From positions 7,856-71,855 of the forward strand of contig CALRRY020000012.1 of assembly GCA_943370635.1 (NCBI GenBank): a stretch of 64,000 nucleotides of DNA. Reading direction: 5' to 3'. The position numbers and the translations under genes were made by a program. How positions within the stretch are numbered: the stretch's first letter is position 1; each line of letters begins with the position of its first letter. Below, piece by piece: positions 57,300 through 64,000 of the stretch. The notes under the pieces were generated by a model that was not told where the DNA came from, searched no databases, and saw only the letters and a list, made by a program, of their open reading frames with translations. This DNA comes from Variovorax paradoxus. Its GTDB lineage: Bacteria; Bacteroidota; Bacteroidia; Flavobacteriales; Flavobacteriaceae.

Positions 57300-58430
57300 C
57301 TACTTGATTTTAATCAATCGTTCAGCCGCTTTCATCAATAGTTCATCATCTTTAGCAAAACAAAAACGAATGCGTTTTAAGTCTAAATTATCACCATAAA
57401 ATACTGAAAGCGGAATGGTTGAAACACCAAATTCGGTTACTAAATGTTTCGTAAAATCAACATCCTTTTCATCCGAAATGGTTTGATAGGATACGGTTTG
57501 AAAATACGTTCCTTCGCACGGCAACAATTCAAAAGCCGTTTCTTTTAAAAGGTTTTGAAAGAAGTTTCTTTTTTGAATATAGAGTTGAGCCACTTCATTC
57601 ACATCAAAAACGCTCAAGTATTCATTAATCGAAGCTTGAGCCAAACTATTTACACTGAATACTAAGTATTGATGCACTTTTTTGACTTCTTTCAAAAGAT
57701 TTTCAGGAGCGATTAAGTAGCCTATTTTCCATCCGGTTAAGTGAAGTGTTTTCCCGAAGGATGAAACAATTAAGCTTCTGTCTTTTAATTTTTCTCTTGT
57801 ATTAATGGAAATATGTTTGTTTTCAAACGTAATGAATTCATATACTTCGTCTGATAAAATCAATAGATTGGGGTACTTTTCGATGATTTTTTCGAGTTGA
57901 ATAAAATCATTTTCTGTCCAAATTTTTCCGGACGGATTGTGTGGATTATTCAAAATCAACATCCGAGTTTTCGTTGATAAATGCTGACTAATAGCTTCAA
58001 AATCGGGGGAATAATCTTCTTTTAACGCAATCCGAATGGGTTTGGCATTACTCAAAATGATTGGCATTTCATAACAATCATAACTTGGGTCGAGAATGAT
58101 GACTTCGTCTTGCGGTTGCACAAAAGCTTGAATGGCAGCAAAAATCGCTTCGGTTGCTCCGGCGGTGATTAAAATTTCGGTTGATGGATTCACTTTTCGC
58201 AGATAATGATCCAACGTCAATTGAGCAATTTTTTCCAATAACGGCGGATAACCGGCCATCGGAGCATATTGATGAATGTCGGTTTTGGCCAATCGAGCTA
58301 CAATTTCCGTCATTCGCACATCAATCGGGAAATTCGGGAAACCTTGTGAGAGATTGAAGGCTTGATAATCGGTTGCCATTTTAGACATTACTGTAAAAAT
58401 ACTAGTGCCGATATGCGGAAGTTTAGACAT
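57300..58430 (-). CDS. PLP-dependent class I aminotransferase (YbdL/methionine aminotransferase-like)
   Basis: SIFTVMS, NLSQGFP, TAGATEA, NNPHNPSG, SDEVY, SSFGKT..TGWKIGY. Confidence 0.92.
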   Translation of the reverse strand: MSKLPHIGTSIFTVMSKMATDYQAFNLSQGFPNFPIDVRMTEIVARLAKTDIHQYAPMAGYPPLLEKIAQLTLDHYLRKVNPSTEILITAGATEAIFAAIQAFVQPQDEVIILDPSYDCYEMPIILSNAKPIRIALKEDYSPDFEAISQHLSTKTRMLILNNPHNPSGKIWTENDFIQLEKIIEKYPNLLILSDEVYEFITFENKHISINTREKLKDRSLIVSSFGKTLHLTGWKIGYLIAPENLLKEVKKVHQYLVFSVNSLAQASINEYLSVFDVNEVAQLYIQKRNFFQNLLKETAFELLPCEGTYFQTVSYQTISDEKDVDFTKHLVTEFGVSTIPLSVFYGDNLDLKRIRFCFAKDDELLMKAAERLIKIK

Positions 58431-58513
58431 AGCTTTGATTTTGGTAAAGATAAAAAAAGCACTTAAATCATTAGTAGGTGATTTGTAATAAGAAATTGAA
58501 ATTTCAAAAATTA

Positions 58514-59713
58514 TTACTGCCAAATACAGTTTTGATTCATAATGATAATACTACGAACATAATTATCGTCTTTGACAATTATTTCCACTTTTATCTCATT
58601 AGCATACATTGAAATAGTTAATTCTTTTATGTTGTTGACTTTAAAATTATTTAATGCTCTTTGGTTGTTTTCGAGAAACGGATGTTTATTAAGAACGATC
58701 TCGTTTAATGCTTTAAATGAATTGGGATTGTTTGGTGGAGCAAGCGTTAAGGTGAATCGAACGCATTTTTCAACTGTGGTATTAATCGTTTGCATGGCTA
58801 TTCGGGTTGGCCTTACTTCAATTTTGTTTTCTGTTTTTGTTTCAATTTTGGAAGAGTCATCAACCGTTACTTCTTCTAGAATTTCCTTGGGAATTAGTAG
58901 ACTGATTTCCGATCTCGGGATAGCGAGTGTAGCTTCATAACTGACAACTTCATCAATATAATCTGAGGCGTTATAACTTGTATGGCTTCTGAAAAAACTC
59001 AAAAAATTTTGGTATTCTTTTTTGGAATCTTTGGTTTTGATATAAATGTCATACAATACACTCGAACAATATTTGTTGGTTTGTTGGTAAACTTGCTTAA
59101 CGATATCGGTAAGTAAACCTCTGTCTTTATTCTCGTCAACGGTTATTTTGACTTTGGCTTCTTTACGCAAATCGTTTACCAATTGTTGAATGGCGGTTGT
59201 TTTTTTGTTGCTTTTATCTGAGATGTAACGATTAATGAAATCGGCTAAAACTTGTTCTTCTGACAGATTAAAAATCATTAAACCCAATTCATATTTCTGT
59301 TTGAAGTCATTTGGATTATATTTATTTGGGTCGAAACTACGAAAGTAAGCCAATATTCGAAATTTTTGTTCCATTTGGATATTGAACGGCGTAGTAAAAT
59401 CAGGTTTATCTTTATTTACCACAATTTCTAATCCTGAATTGCCTATTTTGAACTGGTTTAATCTTTTAAAAATCAAACCCATACTCATAAAGGAAGCATC
59501 GCCTCTCGGATTGGCACTTTGTTGTAGGTCTTTATAGAACACCGCTTGTGTTAGGTTTTTTATCCAAGTATCGTAGTAATTAAAATCGTTAGGCATTTGT
59601 TTGTCAAAACTTTCGGAATATAGATTTTTAAGCGATGGATAATACCTTGGCGTATTTTGAGCCAAAAGCGAGTAGGATAGGAGTAATAGTGTAATGTATA
59701 TGATTTTTTTCAT
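58514..59713 (-). CDS. Secreted hypothetical protein
   Basis: 399-aa ORF with signal peptide MKKIIYITLLLLSYSLLAQ; no motif recognised with confidence. Confidence 0.7.
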   Translation of the reverse strand: MKKIIYITLLLLSYSLLAQNTPRYYPSLKNLYSESFDKQMPNDFNYYDTWIKNLTQAVFYKDLQQSANPRGDASFMSMGLIFKRLNQFKIGNSGLEIVVNKDKPDFTTPFNIQMEQKFRILAYFRSFDPNKYNPNDFKQKYELGLMIFNLSEEQVLADFINRYISDKSNKKTTAIQQLVNDLRKEAKVKITVDENKDRGLLTDIVKQVYQQTNKYCSSVLYDIYIKTKDSKKEYQNFLSFFRSHTSYNASDYIDEVVSYEATLAIPRSEISLLIPKEILEEVTVDDSSKIETKTENKIEVRPTRIAMQTINTTVEKCVRFTLTLAPPNNPNSFKALNEIVLNKHPFLENNQRALNNFKVNNIKELTISMYANEIKVEIIVKDDNYVRSIIIMNQNCIWQ

Positions 59714-59796
59714 TTATTTTTCAGATTTGAATGATCCAAACTCCAAATCAGAGAGGAGAATTGATTTTTTAAAATTAGAATTAAAAAACTACAGGA

Positions 59797-60363
59797 TTAA
59801 AATTTTTTAACAAAATTTCGTTTTAAAAGCGAATACACCACTGAATCCCAAAACTTGCCATCCCAAAATTCATTTTCTAAAAAATGAGCTTCTTTCACAA
59901 AGCCATTTTTTTCTAACACTTTGGCAGAAACATAATTTTCAGGATCAACCACTGCTTCCACAGAATGGAAATTTAATACATTAAAACCATACTCCAAAAC
60001 GATATTAATGGCTTCACTTGTAATTCCTTGGTTTTGATATTCTGGTAACAACATATACCCAATTTCTGACCGATAATTTTCAGGTTGAATGCGATAATGA
60101 CCGATCACACCCAACAATTTCGGATTTCCTTTTAACGTAATGGCCCAATTGATTCCGGTATTATTTTCAATTTTGTCGGTAATCATCGCAATGTGTTCCA
60201 ATGCCATTTCGGGCGAAGTCACCAACGGTCGCGGAATGAATTTCATCGTTTCCGGATTGCCACGAAGTGCCATTACTTCGTTCACATCTTCAACTGTAAC
60301 CGCTCGTAACAACAAACGGTTGGACTCGAGGATTGGGAAAGGGGTGAAGGAGAGGGTGAGCAT
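59797..60363 (-). CDS. GNAT N-acetyltransferase (RimJ/RimL family)
   Basis: FPILESNRLLLR, EIGYMLLPEYQNQG, SAKVLEKNGF. Confidence 0.92.
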   Translation of the reverse strand: MLTLSFTPFPILESNRLLLRAVTVEDVNEVMALRGNPETMKFIPRPLVTSPEMALEHIAMITDKIENNTGINWAITLKGNPKLLGVIGHYRIQPENYRSEIGYMLLPEYQNQGITSEAINIVLEYGFNVLNFHSVEAVVDPENYVSAKVLEKNGFVKEAHFLENEFWDGKFWDSVVYSLLKRNFVKKF

Positions 60364-60434
60364 TTTGTTTTGTGATAAAAATAAATAAAAACACCAACCT
60401 CTCAGTCAGTGTTTTCATTCATGTAATTTTTATA

Positions 60435-62576
60435 TTAATCTTCAAGCAAAACCTCCAAAATACTAATCGCCGCCTCACTAATTTTAGTTCCCGGTCCAAA
60501 AACGGCAACCGCTCCGGCATCAAACAAAAATTGGTAATCTTGGTGCGGAATTACGCCACCTACAATGACCATAATATCTTCACGACCGTATTTTTTAAGT
60601 TCTTCAATGACTTGTGGCACCAAAGTTTTGTGTCCGGCAGCTAAAGACGAGACACCTAAAATGTGTACGTCGTTTTCCACTGCTTGTTTGGCAGCTTCTT
60701 GTGGGGTTTGGAATAGCGGCCCAATATCCACATCAAAACCAACATCGGCATAACCGGTTGCCACTACTTTTGCCCCGCGATCGTGACCGTCTTGTCCCAT
60801 TTTGGCAATCATAATCCGCGGGCGACGACCTTCTTTCTTGGCGAAAGCATCGGCTAATTGTTTCGCTTTTTCAAAGCTTTCATCGTTTTTAATTTCTTTA
60901 CTATACACGCCACTAAAAGTTCTAATTTGTGCTTTATAACGTCCGAAAACTTCTTCTAAGGCATCACTAATTTCGCCTAGAGTTGCTCTGTTTCGGGCTG
61001 CTTCTATGGCTAAAGATAATAAATTTTCCTGACCTGATTTTGCCGCTTCGGTCAATTTTGTCAAACTGGCTTTTACTTTTTCCGTATCACGAGTGGATTT
61101 TATTTGTGCCAATCGTTCCAATTGTTGCTTGCGAACCATTTCATTATCCACATCCAAAATCATTAACGGATCTTCTTTCTCCAAACGGTATTTGTTTACG
61201 CCAACTATAATATCTTGTCCGCTATCAATACGGGCTTGCTTTCGGGCAGCGGCTTCTTCAATTCGCAGTTTCGGAATACCGGCTTCAATGGCTTTGGTCA
61301 TCCCGCCCAATTCTTCTACTTCTTCTATTAAAGCCCACGCTTTTTGAGCAATTTCATCGGTCAAACTTTCTACATAATAACTGCCTGCCCAAGGGTCAAC
61401 CGTTTTACAAATTTTCGTTTCTTCTTGCAAAAAGATTTGCGTATTTCTTGCAATTCGAGCAGAGAAATCGGTTGGTAAGGCAATCGCTTCATCCAATGCA
61501 TTCGTATGTAAGGATTGCGTTCCGCCAAAAGCTGCTGCTGCGGCTTCAATGCATGTTCGAGCCACATTATTAAACGGATCTTGCTCCGTTAAACTCCAAC
61601 CCGAAGTCTGACAATGAGTTCGCAACGCTAATGATTTTTCATCTTTCGGATTGAATTGTTTGAGCAATTTTGCCCATAACATTCGACCCGCACGCATTTT
61701 GGCGATTTCCATAAAATGATTCATGCCAATCGCCCAGAAAAAAGAAAGGCGAGGAGCAAAGGTATCAATATCCATTCCGGCTGCTAATCCGGTTCGAATG
61801 TATTCTAAACCATCGGCTAAGGTATAAGCCAATTCAATATCGGCGGTTGCTCCGGCTTCTTGCATGTGGTAACCCGAAATCGAAATCGAGTTGAATTTTG
61901 GCATATTTTTGCTCGTATATTCAAAAATATCGGCAATAATTTTCATCGAAGGAGAAGGCGGGTAGATGTACGTATTTCGCACCATGAACTCTTTCAAAAT
62001 ATCATTCTGAATTGTTCCAGAAAGTAAATGAGGAGCTACACCTTGTTCTTCGGCAGCGACAATATAAAACGCCATAATGGGTAAAACCGCTCCGTTCATT
62101 GTCATGGAAACCGACATTTCGTCTAACGGAATTTGGTCAAACAAAATTTTCATATCTTCCACTGAATCGATTGCGACACCGGCTTTTCCAACATCACCCA
62201 CCACACGTTCATGATCGGAATCATATCCTCGGTGTGTGGCTAAATCAAACGCTACTGAAAGTCCTTTTTGACCTGCAGCTAAATTTCTTCGGTAAAACGC
62301 ATTACTTTCTTCGGCTGTGGAAAATCCAGCATACTGACGAATGGTCCACGGTCGGCGAACATACATCGTAGCATAAGGACCTCGTAGGTTGGGAGCAAAT
62401 CCGGCACCGAAATCAAGATGTTTTAAATCAATCACATCCTCTTTTGAGTAGAACGATTTGAGATCGATGTTTTCTGCGGTGAGAAAGTGTTCAGTATTCA
62501 GTTTTGAGTTGGCAGTTTGTGCTTTTAAACCGTTACTGCTCACTTCTAATTTTATATGTTGGATATTTTTTCTCAT
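60435..62576 (-). CDS. scpA: Methylmalonyl-CoA mutase, large (catalytic) subunit
   Basis: [38 protein letters not shown]12-binding motif. Confidence 0.98.
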   Translation of the reverse strand: MRKNIQHIKLEVSSNGLKAQTANSKLNTEHFLTAENIDLKSFYSKEDVIDLKHLDFGAGFAPNLRGPYATMYVRRPWTIRQYAGFSTAEESNAFYRRNLAAGQKGLSVAFDLATHRGYDSDHERVVGDVGKAGVAIDSVEDMKILFDQIPLDEMSVSMTMNGAVLPIMAFYIVAAEEQGVAPHLLSGTIQNDILKEFMVRNTYIYPPSPSMKIIADIFEYTSKNMPKFNSISISGYHMQEAGATADIELAYTLADGLEYIRTGLAAGMDIDTFAPRLSFFWAIGMNHFMEIAKMRAGRMLWAKLLKQFNPKDEKSLALRTHCQTSGWSLTEQDPFNNVARTCIEAAAAAFGGTQSLHTNALDEAIALPTDFSARIARNTQIFLQEETKICKTVDPWAGSYYVESLTDEIAQKAWALIEEVEELGGMTKAIEAGIPKLRIEEAAARKQARIDSGQDIIVGVNKYRLEKEDPLMILDVDNEMVRKQQLERLAQIKSTRDTEKVKASLTKLTEAAKSGQENLLSLAIEAARNRATLGEISDALEEVFGRYKAQIRTFSGVYSKEIKNDESFEKAKQLADAFAKKEGRRPRIMIAKMGQDGHDRGAKVVATGYADVGFDVDIGPLFQTPQEAAKQAVENDVHILGVSSLAAGHKTLVPQVIEELKKYGREDIMVIVGGVIPHQDYQFLFDAGAVAVFGPGTKISEAAISILEVLLED

Positions 62577-63637
62577 GAATTTTTTTTTAGTATTTTTTCA
62601 AATTCATTCACGGTAGGTATGTTTTTTTCGTAAATTTTTGGTAGTTTTTCAGTGAAAGTATATTCACTCACACCAATTGGTTTGTTTATGTCTTTTAAAG
62701 CATATTCTACTTCAATTCCATCTTTTCCATTACACAACAAAATACCGATTGTTGGATTTTCATTTTCTGTTTTCAATAGATCATCAACCGCTGATAAGTA
62801 AAAATTTAGTTTTCCTGCAAATTCAGGTTCAAATTCTTCTGCTTTTAATTCAATAACGATGTAGCATTTTAAATGAATGTGGTAGAAGAGTAAATCTAAC
62901 GAATATGATTTCTTACCAATTTCAATAGGATATTGTCTCCCAACAAAAGCAAAACCTTTTCCAAGTTCTAATAAAAACTTAGTGATATTTTCGGTAAGTT
63001 GCTTTTCTATTTCTAATTCGTGAACTTTTGCTTCTAAAGTTAAAAAATCAAAATTATAAGGATCTTTTAATAATTGATTGGCTAGTTCTGCTTGATTTGT
63101 TCTTAGATTTTTATCGAAATTATTTATTGATTTTCCTTGTCGTTCAAAGAGGTTTTGTTTTTGTTGTAAAGCTAAAATTGCTCTACTCCAATTGTTTTTA
63201 ACTGTTTCATTAATGTAAAAAAAAGCTTCTTCTTTTGTTTTCGTTTTTTCTAATATCAAAACATGATGTCCCCATGGAATTAAGACTAATCTTTCTAGTC
63301 CATCAACTTGTTGGATTGATTCTATTTGATTCAGTCCAACAAGCTGTTGAACTGAATTTTCAGCATAAAAAATATAAAACTTTCTAATATTGAATAGATT
63401 TGTTCTTGAAAAGCCTGAAATATGTGGGAATTCAGATTTAATATCTTTTGAGAGCTGGTCAATGTAATTGTTTCTTCCTTCCAAAAGTGACTGGTTTTCA
63501 AAAATCATTTTACCAATATTCCAATACAGTAAAATCAACTCTTTATTGACTGATAAAGCTGCTTTTTGATGAGAACTTAAAATTTGATTTTTAATTTCAA
63601 CAATTAAATCTTGGTATTTTGAAAACTGTAAATTCAT
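62573..63637 (-). CDS. DUF1016/YhcG family PD-(D/E)xK nuclease-like protein
   Basis: [68 protein letters not shown]. Confidence 0.93.
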   Translation of the reverse strand: MNLQFSKYQDLIVEIKNQILSSHQKAALSVNKELILLYWNIGKMIFENQSLLEGRNNYIDQLSKDIKSEFPHISGFSRTNLFNIRKFYIFYAENSVQQLVGLNQIESIQQVDGLERLVLIPWGHHVLILEKTKTKEEAFFYINETVKNNWSRAILALQQKQNLFERQGKSINNFDKNLRTNQAELANQLLKDPYNFDFLTLEAKVHELEIEKQLTENITKFLLELGKGFAFVGRQYPIEIGKKSYSLDLLFYHIHLKCYIVIELKAEEFEPEFAGKLNFYLSAVDDLLKTENENPTIGILLCNGKDGIEVEYALKDINKPIGVSEYTFTEKLPKIYEKNIPTVNEFEKILKKNS

Positions 63638-64000
63638 TTATTCCTCTTTCAATCTTTCCTGTTCCAATTTCTCCGCCAATCGTCTTTCAATAATCGGCGT
63701 AATCAATGTTTTTCTCGGATTAGTTTTCACAAAAGGAAACAACTCTAAGTCATTGGCCATTTTATCATTCTTGTTCGGATATTTATTGGTTCCCAACAAA
63801 ACTTCTTTTCCGGAATCAAAAAAATCTTGCTCTTTTTGAGCACTTTCATTGATTTTTCGTTGAATCGTTCCTTCAATTAATTGTGTAATGAATCCGCCAT
63901 TGGCTTCAATATCTTTGAATAATGCCAAGGCTTTTTCTGCTAATTGTTCCGTTAAACTTTCAATGTAATACGCTCCGTCAGCTGGATTATGAACGTGATT
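63638..64000 (-). CDS. Methylmalonyl-CoA mutase small subunit, 3' part (start outside the window)
   Basis: Frame open to 64000: HVHNPADGAYYIESLTEQLAEKALALFKDIEANGGF...LLGTNKYPN...RRLAE. Confidence 0.93.
   Translation of the reverse strand, partial: NHVHNPADGAYYIESLTEQLAEKALALFKDIEANGGFITQLIEGTIQRKINESAQKEQDFFDSGKEVLLGTNKYPNKNDKMANDLELFPFVKTNPRKTLITPIIERRLAEKLEQERLKEE

Noticed and set aside
61144-61152. Perfect DnaA box TTATCCACA
   Set aside because: Single copy inside scpA coding sequence; expected by chance.

Overview
AT-rich Bacteroidetes DNA, most likely Flavobacterium (gene order, T9SS C-terminal domains, TAnnTTTG promoters). Bases 1 to about 13.6 kb are the right arm of an integrated mobile element that runs off the left edge. 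It carries a tyrosine integrase, a putative regulator, an excisionase-like HTH, a small coupled Cys-rich ORF, a primase/VapE helicase and a candidate replication origin, followed by a coupled four-gene defence-like operon. That operon encodes a Type IIG-like N6 methyltransferase with an apparently degenerate nuclease domain, a stand-alone TIR-like DUF4062 protein, a Schlafen/AlbA_2-ATPase-wHTH protein, and a PLD-nuclease/SF2 helicase fusion that the ORF track misses because it is truncated. It is the best candidate for an undescribed system: an R-M-like core with a nested nucleotide-hydrolase/RNase pair, placed like the PrrC guard in EcoprrI. The rest is mostly core genome: an ECF sigma/FecR/TonB receptor locus with a recurring promoter motif, a frameshifted Crp/Fnr gene, ffh, folD, rluF, lpxK, PNP, gap, lipA, murB, recF, ribH, mutL, lepB, dapB, parAB and methylmalonyl-CoA mutase. 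It also holds two solo genes coupled into housekeeping gene runs (an ATPase-wHTH and a DUF1016/YhcG nuclease) and several structured non-coding repeats. No tRNA, rRNA or CRISPR array was seen. All family assignments come from motif recognition by eye, not from database searches.
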